This document shows positions 37,140-46,788 of a stretch of DNA of 64,000 nucleotides, in pieces; the stretch's first letter is position 1; each line of letters begins with the position of its first letter. Both the position numbers and the translations under genes were made by a program. The DNA comes from Lysobacterales bacterium PRO7. Lineage in GTDB: Bacteria > Pseudomonadota > Gammaproteobacteria > Xanthomonadales > Rhodanobacteraceae. Below the pieces are notes generated by a model, which saw only the letters and a program-made list of their open reading frames with translations, was not told the origin of the DNA and ran no database searches. The stretch is from NCBI GenBank assembly GCA_021404785.1, contig QWHH01000001.1, forward strand, positions 156,760 to 220,759, given 5' to 3'.

Positions 37140-38494
37140 TGAAACGTTTATCGTTGGTCCTGGGCACGGCGTGCGCGCTGATTGCCGCCGGTTTCATCGG
37201 TTACCTCATTGCGATGCGGTCAATGCCGATGGCAACCGGCGCCGCCGCTGCGCCAGCGCAGCCGTCCGGAGAGAAAATTCTGTACTGGTACGACCCGATG
37301 CGGCCCGATGAACATTTCGACAAACCCGGCAAGTCGCCCTTCATGGACATGCTGTTGCTGCCCAAGTACGCGGAAGAAGGCGGTGGTGCGAATCGAAACG
37401 TCGTGCGCATCGATCCGGCAGTCGAGCAGAACCTCGGCATGCGCAACGCAGTGGTCAAGGTCGGGGCGCCACCCGACACGTTGAACGTGCCGGGCACGGT
37501 CGCATGGAATCAGCAACTGGCGGTCACGGTCAGCGCGCGCACCAATATCACGCTCGAAAAGCTCTACGTGCGCGCGCCGTTCACCCCGGTGAAATCCGGT
37601 CAGCCACTGGCGGAAATCCTCGCACCGCAATGGAGCGCCGCGGCAGCGGAGTACTTTGCGCTCGGCAATGCGCAGTCCGCCGATGCGCGTGCCTTGCGCA
37701 ATGCGGCACGCGAGCGGCTGCATGCGTTGGGCATGGACGACGCGACCATCCGTGGGCTACGTGCCGGCAGCCGCACGATCGCCTTGCGCGCACCGATCGA
37801 TGGCGTGGTCAGCGAGTTGAACGCGCGCGAAGGCCAGCAAGTCGGCGAGGGCATGCCGATCATGAGCATCAACGGCCTCGACAAGGTCTGGGTCGAGGCC
37901 GCGATTCCGCAAGCGCAAAGCGGCGGCGTGCGCGCGGGCACGCCGATCGCCGCGACGGTCAGCGCACTGCCGGGCGAAACCTTCCACGGCGAAGTGGAAG
38001 CCCTGTTGCCCGACGTGGATGCGGCGACCCGCACCCAGCGCGCGCGCATCGTACTGGAGAACACGAAACACGAGCTCGCGCCCGGCATGTTCGCCGACCT
38101 GCGCATCGCGGGCGCGCCGGGTGCTGCGCATCCGCTCGTTCCCGATGAAGCCATCATCGCCGATAGCAACGATACGCGCGTGATCGAAGCTCTGGGCGAT
38201 GGGCGCTACAGGCCGGTACGCGTGCGCACCGGTCGCTCGTCCGGCGGCATGACCGAAGTCCTCGCCGGCCTGCATGGCGGCGAGCGCATCGTGACATCGG
38301 GGCAATTCCTGATCGATTCGGAAGCGAGCCTGTCGGGCATCTTGCAACGAATGGGCGCCGGCCACCAAGGCACGGACAAGGACGAAACCTCGCCCGCACC
38401 ACCTCTCCCGCAGGAGAAGGGGAGCAATGCGATGCCCGGCATGAACATGCCGACGCCTGCATCGACATCGAACGTTGGCGGAGATCGGCCATGA
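37139..38494 (+). CDS. cusB: RND periplasmic adaptor (CusB-like)
   Basis: LYWYDPM...GKSPFMDM, LRAPIDGVV, GQFLIDSEASL. Confidence 0.92.
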   Translation: MKRLSLVLGTACALIAAGFIGYLIAMRSMPMATGAAAAPAQPSGEKILYWYDPMRPDEHFDKPGKSPFMDMLLLPKYAEEGGGANRNVVRIDPAVEQNLGMRNAVVKVGAPPDTLNVPGTVAWNQQLAVTVSARTNITLEKLYVRAPFTPVKSGQPLAEILAPQWSAAAAEYFALGNAQSADARALRNAARERLHALGMDDATIRGLRAGSRTIALRAPIDGVVSELNAREGQQVGEGMPIMSINGLDKVWVEAAIPQAQSGGVRAGTPIAATVSALPGETFHGEVEALLPDVDAATRTQRARIVLENTKHELAPGMFADLRIAGAPGAAHPLVPDEAIIADSNDTRVIEALGDGRYRPVRVRTGRSSGGMTEVLAGLHGGERIVTSGQFLIDSEASLSGILQRMGAGHQGTDKDETSPAPPLPQEKGSNAMPGMNMPTPASTSNVGGDRP

Positions 38495-41400
38495 TCACGC
38501 GATTGATCCGCTGGTCGATCGCCAATCGCGGCATGGTATTGCTGGCAGCACTGACGCTGGCCATTGCCGGCATGCTCTCGCTGCTGCGCATCCCGCTCGA
38601 TGCGCTGCCGGACTTGTCCGATACCCAGGTGATCGTGCGCACCGCATGGCCGGGGCAGTCGCCGCAACTGGTGGAAGATCAGGTGACCTATCCGCTGGCC
38701 ACCACGATGCTGTCGGTGCCGGGGGCGACCGCGGTGCGCGGCTATTCGTTCTTCGGCGATTCCTTCGTCTACATCTTGTTCGCCGACGGCACCGATCCGT
38801 ACTGGGCGCGTTCGCGTGTGCTCGAATACCTGAGCCAGGCGCGCGACAAATTGCCGTCGAATGTCAGTCCGGCGCTCGGCCCCGATGCGACCGGCGCCGG
38901 CTGGGTCTACGAATACGCACTCATCGATCGCAGCGGCAAGCACGACCTTGGCCAGTTGACCGCGCTGCAGGACTGGTTCCTGCGCTATCGCCTGAAGACC
39001 GTGCCGAACGTGGCAGAAGTCGCGACGGTCGGCGGCATGGTGCAGGCATGGCAGGTGGTGCTCGATCCGCAGGCGCTGGCGGCGCGCGGGTTGACCGTGG
39101 CGCAGGTCGAAGACGCGATCAAGCAAGCCAACGGCGCCAGCGGCGGTTCGGTGATCGAACAGGGCGAAGCCGAGCTGATGATCTCCAGCGAGGGCTATCT
39201 ACAATCGCACGAGGATTTTGCGCGCGTGCCGGTCGCGACCAGCAAGGACGGCACACCGGTGCTGCTGCGCGATATCGCGACGATTCAGCGCGGCCCGACC
39301 TTCCGCCGCGGCATCGCGGAGCTGGACGGACAAGGCGAGATAGTCGGCGGCCTCGTGATCATGCGCTATGGCAAGAACGCGCTGGCGACGATCGAGGCGG
39401 TCAAGGCGCGACAGGCCGAATTGCAGAAGAGCCTGCCGGCTGGCGTGCAGATCGTGCCGACCTACGACCGCTCGCAACTAATCCATGCCGCAGTCCAGAC
39501 CCTAGGCCAACGACTGATCGAGGAGTTTATTATCGTTGCGCTGGTGTGCGCGCTGTTTCTGTGGCATCTGCGTTCCTCGCTGGTCGCGGTGGTCACGTTG
39601 CCATTGGGCGTGCTGGCCGCGTTCATCGTGATGGACCTGCAGGGCGTCTCTGCCAACCTGATGTCGTTGGGCGGCATCGCCATCGCGATCGGCGCGATGG
39701 TGGATGCCGCGGTGGTGATGATCGAGAACACCCACAAGCACCTGGAAGTTTGGCGCGAGGCGCACCCGGATCGGGACGAACCGGATGCGCGCGAGCGCTG
39801 GAAGCTGGTCGGCGATGCTGTGGGCGAAGTTGGTCCGGCGCTGTTTGTCAGCCTGCTGGTGATCACGCTCTCCTTCGTGCCCGTGTTCGCGCTACAGGCA
39901 CAGGAAGGTCGGCTGTTTAAGCCGCTCGCCTTCACCAAGACCTATTCGATGGCCGCCGCCGCCGGGTTGTCGATCACGCTGATCCCGGTGCTGATGGGCT
40001 ATCTGGTGCGCGGACGGATCCGTCCCGAACATGCCAATCCAGTCAACCGGTTGCTGATCGCGGCCTATCGGCCGCTGATCGCCTGGGTATTGCGCGTGCC
40101 GCGCATGATGCTGGTCGTTGCCGCGATCGTGCTGGTCTCCGCATTGCTGCCGCTGTCGCGGCTCGGCAGCGAGTTCATGCCACCGCTGGACGAAGGCACA
40201 TTGTTGTACATGCCGACCGCGCTGCCGGGCTTGTCCGCCGGCAAGGCCGCGCAATTGCTGCAACTCACCGACCGCATGCTGAAGACGGTGCCGGAAGTCG
40301 CCCACATCTTCGGCGTGGCTGGGCGCGCCGAAACCGCCACCGACAACGCACCGCTGGAAATGTTCGACACCACGATCACGTTCAAGCCGAAGAGTGAGTG
40401 GCGTCCGGGCATGACCATGGAGAAGCTGAAAGCGGAACTCGACCACGCGGTGCAGGTGCCGGGTCTGACCAACCTGTTCGTGTTTCCGATCCGCAGCCGC
40501 ACCGAAATGCTGCTCACGGGGGTCAAGACGCCGATCGGGATCAAGGTGATGGGGCCGGACCTCGCTGAATTGCAACGCATCGCGCAGCAGATCGAAGGCG
40601 TCGCCAAGACCGTTCCCGGCGTCGCTTCCGCGATCGCCGAACGCAGTGCCGGCGGCCGCTATGTGCAGGTGCGCGTCCGGCGCGATGCCGCCGCGCGTTA
40701 CGGCCTGAGCCAGCAGGATGTGCAAGCGTTGATCGACACCGTGGTGGGCGGTGATCCGATCGGCCAGACGGTGCAGGGGCTGGAACGGTTTCCGATCGTG
40801 TTGCGTTATCCGCGCAGCGAGCGCGACTCGTTGGCGGCGTTGCAGGCTTTGCCGATCCTCGCGCCCGGCGGCGCGCAGGTGACCCTGGGTCAGGTCGCGG
40901 ATGTGGCCGTCACCAATGGCCCTCCGATGATCGCCAGCGAGGACGGGGTGCCGGCCACTTACGTTTATGTCGATACAGGCAGTAGTGATCTTGGAGGCGT
41001 GGTGATGGCACTCAAGCAGGCGGTCGCGCAACAGGTGAAACTGCCTTCCGGCTACACGCTGGCTTGGGCCGGACAGTTCGAATATCTGCAACACGCGAAG
41101 GATCGTCTGGAACTGGTGGTGCCCGCGACGATCGCGATCGTGTTTCTGCTGATCTACCTCGTCTTCCGCGACGCCGCGCAGGCCGGGATCATCCTGCTGA
41201 CCGTACCGTTGGGGCTTGTCGGCGGTCTCTGGTTGACGTGGTTGCTCGGCTACGCGGTGTCGGTCGCGGTGGTGATCGGCTTTATCGCGTTGGCGGGTCT
41301 CACCGCGGAATTCGGCGTGGTGATGGTGCTGTACCTGCGTCACGCTTGGCAGCGCCGGATCGAGGCCGGCGAATTGTCGCATGCGGCATTGGACGATGCG

Positions 41401-41634
41401 ATTCACGAGGGTGCCGTGCTGCGTGTGCGTCCGATCGCGATGACGGTAGCCGTGGTCGTCGCGGGCCTGCTGCCCATCATGGTTGGCGGTGGTGCGGGTT
41501 CGGAACTGGTGCGGCGCATCGCGGCGCCGATGATCGGCGGCATGATTACCGCGCCGTTGCTGTCGATGCTGGTGATTCCGGCGGCGTTCCGGTTGCTCGA
41601 ACGCCACCGGATGCGCCTCCGCGCAAAGACTTGA
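38491..41634 (+). CDS. cusA: Cu/Ag efflux RND permease CusA/SilA
   Basis: DALPDLSDTQVIVRT, GPDATG, IGAMVDAAVVMIEN, RIAAPMIGGM. Confidence 0.96.
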   Translation: MITRLIRWSIANRGMVLLAALTLAIAGMLSLLRIPLDALPDLSDTQVIVRTAWPGQSPQLVEDQVTYPLATTMLSVPGATAVRGYSFFGDSFVYILFADGTDPYWARSRVLEYLSQARDKLPSNVSPALGPDATGAGWVYEYALIDRSGKHDLGQLTALQDWFLRYRLKTVPNVAEVATVGGMVQAWQVVLDPQALAARGLTVAQVEDAIKQANGASGGSVIEQGEAELMISSEGYLQSHEDFARVPVATSKDGTPVLLRDIATIQRGPTFRRGIAELDGQGEIVGGLVIMRYGKNALATIEAVKARQAELQKSLPAGVQIVPTYDRSQLIHAAVQTLGQRLIEEFIIVALVCALFLWHLRSSLVAVVTLPLGVLAAFIVMDLQGVSANLMSLGGIAIAIGAMVDAAVVMIENTHKHLEVWREAHPDRDEPDARERWKLVGDAVGEVGPALFVSLLVITLSFVPVFALQAQEGRLFKPLAFTKTYSMAAAAGLSITLIPVLMGYLVRGRIRPEHANPVNRLLIAAYRPLIAWVLRVPRMMLVVAAIVLVSALLPLSRLGSEFMPPLDEGTLLYMPTALPGLSAGKAAQLLQLTDRMLKTVPEVAHIFGVAGRAETATDNAPLEMFDTTITFKPKSEWRPGMTMEKLKAELDHAVQVPGLTNLFVFPIRSRTEMLLTGVKTPIGIKVMGPDLAELQRIAQQIEGVAKTVPGVASAIAERSAGGRYVQVRVRRDAAARYGLSQQDVQALIDTVVGGDPIGQTVQGLERFPIVLRYPRSERDSLAALQALPILAPGGAQVTLGQVADVAVTNGPPMIASEDGVPATYVYVDTGSSDLGGVVMALKQAVAQQVKLPSGYTLAWAGQFEYLQHAKDRLELVVPATIAIVFLLIYLVFRDAAQAGIILLTVPLGLVGGLWLTWLLGYAVSVAVVIGFIALAGLTAEFGVVMVLYLRHAWQRRIEAGELSHAALDDAIHEGAVLRVRPIAMTVAVVVAGLLPIMVGGGAGSELVRRIAAPMIGGMITAPLLSMLVIPAAFRLLERHRMRLRAKT

Positions 41635-41662
41635 CTCTGGATCATGCTCCAAGGTTTAGGAT
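41631..41662 (+). promoter_or_regulatory. MerR-type promoter/operator
   Basis: TTGACT-20 bp-TAGGAT with dyad ACTCTGGA...TCCAAGGT resembling the ZntR/CueR operator. Confidence 0.75.
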
Positions 41663-41669
41663 GGCGTTC

Positions 41670-42098
41670 ATGGATACGATAAACGCTTCCCACATGACTA
41701 TCGGCGCCGCCGCGCGCCGCGCCGGCGTCGGCATCGACACCATCCGCTACTGCGAGCGCGAGGGCCTGCTGCCGCTACCACGGCGGCGGCTGTCCGGCTA
41801 TCGCGACTACGACGCCGGTGTGATCGAGCGCCTGCATTTTATCCGCCGCGCCAAGGGGCTCGGCTTCACGCTCGGCGAAATCCGCGAGCTTTTGACACTG
41901 TCGTCAGATCGCGAACGCGGCGTGCGCGGCGTCAAGCAGCGCGCCGAGAAACGACTGACCGAGGTCGAAGGTCGCATCGACGAACTCAAGCGCGTGCGGC
42001 GCGGGCTGAAATTTTTGATCGACGCCTGTCCGGGACATGGTGCATTGGAACATTGTCCGATCCTGCGTACGCTCGGCAACGAGGAGAGCAACTTATGA
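41670..42098 (+). CDS. MerR-family heavy-metal-responsive regulator (CueR-like); start at 41670 or 41694
   Basis: [39 protein letters not shown]-terminal [10 protein letters not shown]. Confidence 0.92.
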   Translation: MDTINASHMTIGAAARRAGVGIDTIRYCEREGLLPLPRRRLSGYRDYDAGVIERLHFIRRAKGLGFTLGEIRELLTLSSDRERGVRGVKQRAEKRLTEVEGRIDELKRVRRGLKFLIDACPGHGALEHCPILRTLGNEESNL

Positions 42099-44344
42099 CT
42101 ATGCACAACCATCACGACGCGCCTGCGCATGCAGGACAAGATTCCCACGCCGCGTATGGCGAGCATGGCGCGCACGCTTGCTGCGCGCATTCGTCCACGC
42201 CGGCCACGGGTGCCGCACCGGATCCGTCTGGCACGATCTACACCTGTCCGATGCATCCGCAGATCCGCCAGGTCGGCCCAGGGCACTGCCCGATCTGCGG
42301 CATGGCGCTGGAGCCCGTGTTGCCGACCACGGACGAGGACGACAGCGACCTGCGCGCATTGTCGCGGCGTTTCTTCATCTGTCTCGCACTGACACTGCCG
42401 GTGTTCGCTGTCGCGATGGGCCCGCATCTATTCGGCTGGCATCTGTCGTCGCGGTGGGATCGCATCACGGCGTGGTCGGAGGCGTTGCTCGCAACGGTCG
42501 TCGTGTTGTGGGGTGGCGCCGCGTTCTTTGCACGCGGCTGGCGTTCGCTCAAACCCTGGTCGCCGAACATGTACACGCTGATCGCGCTCGGTACCGGCGT
42601 CGCGTGGTTGTACAGCGCGATCGCGTTTGCCGTGCCCGGTGTTTTCCCGGCTGCATTCCGCGACGCGCACGGCGATGTTGCTGTGTACTTCGAGGCGGCG
42701 GCGGTGATCGTCACCCTGGTACTGCTCGGCGATTTCCTCGAACTGCGCGCGCGCCGCCGCACTGGCGCGGCGTTGAAAGCGCTGCTCGGCCTCGCGCCGA
42801 AAACTGCGCGTCGCATTGAACCCGACGGCAACGAGCACGACGTGCCGCTGGCCGAGGCGCACGTCGGCGACGTGTTGCGAGTGCGCCCCGGCGAGAAGGT
42901 GCCGACCGATGGCGTGGTGCTGGAAGGCACAAGCTATATCGACGAATCCATGCTCACCGGCGAGCCGATGCCTGTGGAGAAGAGCATCGGCGACAAGTTG
43001 GCCGGGGGCACCATCAATCAAGAGGGTGCGCTGACGATGCGCGCGGAAAGGGTCGGCGGCGAAACCTTGCTGGCGCAAATCGTCGCGCTGGTCGCGCAGG
43101 CGCAGCGCTCGAAGGCGCCGTTACAGCGTGTTGCGGATCGCGTCGCCGCATGGTTCGTGCCGGCAGTGGTTGCGGTCGCTGCGCTGGCGTTTGTCGCGTG
43201 GGCGGCGTTCGGCCCCGATCCGACGTTTGCGCATGCGCTGATCGCGGCGGTGTCGGTGCTGATCATCGCCTGTCCGTGTGCGCTCGGTCTTGCGACGCCG
43301 ATTTCGATCATGGTGGCGACCGCGCGTGGCGCGCAGGCTGGCGTGCTGTTTCGCGACGCGACGGCGATCGAAGCATTGCGCGACATCGACACGCTGGTTG
43401 TCGACAAGACCGGCACGCTGACCGAAGGCCGTCCCGCATTGAAAACCGTGCACGCGCTCGGCGGCTTTGATGAAACCCGCGCGCTCGCGCTGGCCGCCGC
43501 GCTGGAGAAGCCGAGCGAGCATCCATTGGCACGCGCCATCGTTGCCGGCGCACAGGTGCGCGGCATAGCGATTCCCGCGGTCGGCGATTTCCAGTCGTTG
43601 ACCGGTCGTGGCGTACGCGGACGTGTCGATGGCCACGACGTTGCGCTCGGCAACGCGAAGCTGATGGACGAGGTTGGCGCTGGCGTCGATTCCGCTGCAC
43701 GCGAACATGCGGATGCGTTGCGCGGCGACGGCGCCACCGCGATGTTCGTCGCAGTGGATGGAGTCCTCGCTGCGCTGATCGCGGTGGCCGATCGCATCAA
43801 GCCGAGCACGCCCGGGGCGATTCGCGGTTTGCACGCGGCCGGATTGCACATCGTCATGCTGACGGGCGACAACGCCACCACAGCGCAAGCGGTGGCGCGC
43901 GAGCTCGGCATCGACGAAGTGCGCGCCGATGTTTCGCCGGCGGACAAGGCCGCCGCCGTAGTGCAACTCAAGCGCGAGGGCCGGCGTGTGGCGATGGCGG
44001 GCGATGGCGTCAACGATGCGCCCGCGCTCGCCGCCGCCGACGTCGGTATCGCGATGGGCAGCGGCACGGATGTGGCGATGGAAAGCGCACAGGTGACATT
44101 AGTGAAGGGCGAACTGACTGCGATCCTGCGCGCGCGTGCGCTGTCGCAGGCGACGGTGCGCAACATTCGTGAGAACCTGTTCTTCGCCTTCGTCTACAAC
44201 GCGATCGGCGTTCCAATCGCGGCGGGTGTGTTGTATCCGGCGTTCGGTATTGTGTTGTCGCCAATGATCGCGGCGTTGGCGATGAGCCTGTCGTCGGTGT
44301 CGGTGGTGACGAATGCGCTGCGGTTGCGCAAGGCCGGGGTGTGA
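42095..44344 (+). CDS. P1B-1 Cu(+)-transporting P-type ATPase
   Basis: YTCPMHP...[27 protein letters not shown] and MxxSS motifs. Confidence 0.96.
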   Translation: MTMHNHHDAPAHAGQDSHAAYGEHGAHACCAHSSTPATGAAPDPSGTIYTCPMHPQIRQVGPGHCPICGMALEPVLPTTDEDDSDLRALSRRFFICLALTLPVFAVAMGPHLFGWHLSSRWDRITAWSEALLATVVVLWGGAAFFARGWRSLKPWSPNMYTLIALGTGVAWLYSAIAFAVPGVFPAAFRDAHGDVAVYFEAAAVIVTLVLLGDFLELRARRRTGAALKALLGLAPKTARRIEPDGNEHDVPLAEAHVGDVLRVRPGEKVPTDGVVLEGTSYIDESMLTGEPMPVEKSIGDKLAGGTINQEGALTMRAERVGGETLLAQIVALVAQAQRSKAPLQRVADRVAAWFVPAVVAVAALAFVAWAAFGPDPTFAHALIAAVSVLIIACPCALGLATPISIMVATARGAQAGVLFRDATAIEALRDIDTLVVDKTGTLTEGRPALKTVHALGGFDETRALALAAALEKPSEHPLARAIVAGAQVRGIAIPAVGDFQSLTGRGVRGRVDGHDVALGNAKLMDEVGAGVDSAAREHADALRGDGATAMFVAVDGVLAALIAVADRIKPSTPGAIRGLHAAGLHIVMLTGDNATTAQAVARELGIDEVRADVSPADKAAAVVQLKREGRRVAMAGDGVNDAPALAAADVGIAMGSGTDVAMESAQVTLVKGELTAILRARALSQATVRNIRENLFFAFVYNAIGVPIAAGVLYPAFGIVLSPMIAALAMSLSSVSVVTNALRLRKAGV

Positions 44345-44419
44345 TCGCCGCGGAGCGGATGTTGGTTTCCGCAAACGTGGGTGCATGCGTTTGTTAACGT
44401 TGAAATGTAGTGCCGCAAC

Positions 44420-45478
44420 TCAGGCGTGCCGGTGCTGGTGATGGACGTCTGGGTAATGCGGATGGCTGTGCGTGATCGGTTCGTGGGTGTGTGGATGCGT
44501 ATGCGGCTCGCGTCCGTCCCAGTCGAAGTCGTGCACATGCTGATGATGCAAATCGTGTACGTGGCGATGGGTATGGGTGATCGCCTCGTGGGTGTGCAGG
44601 TGCTCGTGGCGCTCGATCAAATGCAGCCACACGCCGCCTCCCATCAGCACCGCTGCCAGCCAGAACAGCGGCGAGGCGTGCTCGCCGAAAGCAAGGGTCG
44701 CGATCGCTGCGCCCACGAATGGAGCCGTCGAAAAATACGCGCCGGTGCGCGCGGAACCCAATCCGCGCAAGGCGAGTACGAACAGCACGAGGCTGACGCC
44801 GTAGCCGAATAACCCGAGCATCATCGCCTCGCCAACCACGAAAGCCGCAGGTAGATGCGCTCCGAGCGACAACGCGATCGCGGTATTCGTAGTACCGGCC
44901 ACGACCCCTTTGAGTCCGGCCAGAAACAGCGCGTCCGAAGCCGAGACCTTGCGGGTGAAATTGTTGTCCAGCGCCCAGCACAGGCAGGCGCCGGTTATCA
45001 GCACCGCGCCCCAGCCCAGACCCGCACCTTTAGATGAGCTGGGCCACGCGAGGAGTACGGCACCCGCTACAATCAGCGCCATACCCAGCATGACACGGCG
45101 ATCCGCGTTTTCGCGGAAGACCACCCATGCCAGCAGCGCGGTCAGCACCGCTTCCAGATTCAGCAAAAGCGAAGCTGCTGCCGCCGACGTCGTCGTGAGT
45201 CCAAGCATTAGCGCCAGCGGACCGAGCACCCCGCCGAAGCTGATCGCGAGCAGCAGCCAGAGCCACTCGCGCCCGGACATGGACGGGGTGTGCCAGCCGC
45301 GATCGCGTATCAGTCTGATCAACCCGAGTCCGATGCCACTCCCGAGGTAAAGCAATCCCGCAAGCAGGACCGGGTGCAAATCGTGCAAGAGTTGTTTTGC
45401 AAGAGGGGTGCTGGCGCCGAACAGCAGCGCCGCGACAAGCGCTGCCGCTACAGCCGGTGAGAAAGCCACGCGAGTCAT
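44420..45478 (-). CDS. DMT/EamA transporter with His-rich C-terminal tail
   Basis: About 10 TM segments, CWALDNN, tail HEHLHTHEAITHTHRHVHDLHHQHVH. Confidence 0.9.
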   Translation of the reverse strand: MTRVAFSPAVAAALVAALLFGASTPLAKQLLHDLHPVLLAGLLYLGSGIGLGLIRLIRDRGWHTPSMSGREWLWLLLAISFGGVLGPLALMLGLTTTSAAAASLLLNLEAVLTALLAWVVFRENADRRVMLGMALIVAGAVLLAWPSSSKGAGLGWGAVLITGACLCWALDNNFTRKVSASDALFLAGLKGVVAGTTNTAIALSLGAHLPAAFVVGEAMMLGLFGYGVSLVLFVLALRGLGSARTGAYFSTAPFVGAAIATLAFGEHASPLFWLAAVLMGGGVWLHLIERHEHLHTHEAITHTHRHVHDLHHQHVHDFDWDGREPHTHPHTHEPITHSHPHYPDVHHQHRHA

Positions 45479-45525
45479 GCGCCAAGCCTACCCGCTTTCC
45501 GGCGTCAGCGAGAAATCTCCGTGTG

Positions 45526-45984
45526 TCACTTGAGCAATGCTCCCAAGTTCTCCATTGTTTCCTCTATGTCGGACAGCCGTTGGGTTAGCCAATAGCAATC
45601 CGGATGATCGAGCGGTAGTTCATCGCGCCTTTTCGTCAGTATCGCGTATTTCATCTTCAGCCGGTCGACCTCGCGTTGAGTCCGTTCGGACCATGCGTTG
45701 TGCTCTCGGGCGGCACGCGCTACGAAGGCGGACGCAACGAGATTTCCACCAATTGCAGCAATGCTCACATCGATGGGTCTGCTCATTCCAGGCAGTGCGT
45801 AAGCGTAAAGCACTGTCGCGATGAACATGAACACGAGTCCGAGAATGAGAAGCGCCGTCGGATATTTGTGCAGCCAGCGTCGGGCACAAAATTCGTACGC
45901 GAACACAACGACAAATAAGCAAACAAGTGTTGTGGCCAAGTAGATAAGATGGGTTAAAGCTGGGGCAGTCGCTGGTTGTTCCAT
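45526..45984 (-). CDS. Hypothetical membrane protein (about 3 TM plus helical tail)
   Basis: RBS-like ggag upstream; hydrophobic segments; reduced GC. Confidence 0.65.
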   Translation of the reverse strand: MEQPATAPALTHLIYLATTLVCLFVVVFAYEFCARRWLHKYPTALLILGLVFMFIATVLYAYALPGMSRPIDVSIAAIGGNLVASAFVARAAREHNAWSERTQREVDRLKMKYAILTKRRDELPLDHPDCYWLTQRLSDIEETMENLGALLK

Positions 45985-46114
45985 GACAATCTCCGTTGCG
46001 GGAATTTTGGTGGGTGTCGCGAATATTTTTACGCACTTTGTTCGCCCCGAGTTTTTTGCGTCAAGTCCACTGAAGTCCCGTATCTACTCGTATCGTTCTG
46101 ATCGACGATCGCAT

Positions 46115-46134
46115 TAGACAAAATAGATAGTCTA
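46115..46134. promoter_or_regulatory. TAGAC-motif operator candidate upstream of trbC
   Basis: TAGACAAAATAGATAGTCTA; shares TAGATAGTCTA with the repA site. Confidence 0.6.
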
Positions 46135-46183
46135 TGTGTAGATTCCCGCCGCCGCTGCTTCGCGGTGCGCCGTCGAGGAATCC

Positions 46184-46495
46184 ATGCACAACCGCCGTCG
46201 TCTTGCCGCTGTCGTCGTCCTGACTGTCCTGCTGTTGCCAGTCCTTGCGCATGCTTCCGGTTCCGGCATGCCCTGGGAGTCCTGGCTGCAGAAAGTGCTC
46301 GATTCGATTTCCGGTCCCGTCGCCAAGATCGTCGGCGCAATCGCGATCATTCTGGCGGGCCTGGGTATGGCATCGGGCGAGGGCGGGCGGGGCGCGCGCA
46401 AGTGGATCGAGCTGGCCTTCGGATTGTCGATCGCGTTCACCGCGGTGAGCTTTTTCCTGAGCTTCTTCGGCTTTGCCGGCGGCGTGGCGTTTTAA
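46184..46495 (+). CDS. trbC: Pilin TrbC/VirB2
   Basis: AHASGSGMPWESWLQKVLDSISGPVAK. Confidence 0.93.
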   Translation: MHNRRRLAAVVVLTVLLLPVLAHASGSGMPWESWLQKVLDSISGPVAKIVGAIAIILAGLGMASGEGGRGARKWIELAFGLSIAFTAVSFFLSFFGFAGGVAF

Positions 46496-46499
46496 GACC

Positions 46500-46766
46500 A
46501 TGCAGAGTGCCGATCACGTACCGGGATTCGAGATTCCGGTTCACCGCAGCCTGACCGAACGCATCCTCGTTGCCGGTGTGCCGCGCGAGGCGGCGCTGCT
46601 CAATGCGACCTTCACCGCTGCGTTCGTGTTCGGCTTGCAGTGTTGGTATGCACTCCCAATCGGTTTCGGCCTGCATTGGCTGGCGATTCGTCTGACCCGG
46701 CGCGACGACCGTTTCTTCGACGTGCTGCGGCGCAATTTGCGCTTTGGCGTGTTCTACCGCGCCTGA
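46500..46766 (+). CDS. trbD: TrbD/VirB3
   Basis: PVHRSLTERILVAGVPRE...DDRFFDVLRR. Confidence 0.9.
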   Translation: MQSADHVPGFEIPVHRSLTERILVAGVPREAALLNATFTAAFVFGLQCWYALPIGFGLHWLAIRLTRRDDRFFDVLRRNLRFGVFYRA

Positions 46767-46788
46767 TATTTCGCATGCGAAATCCCCC

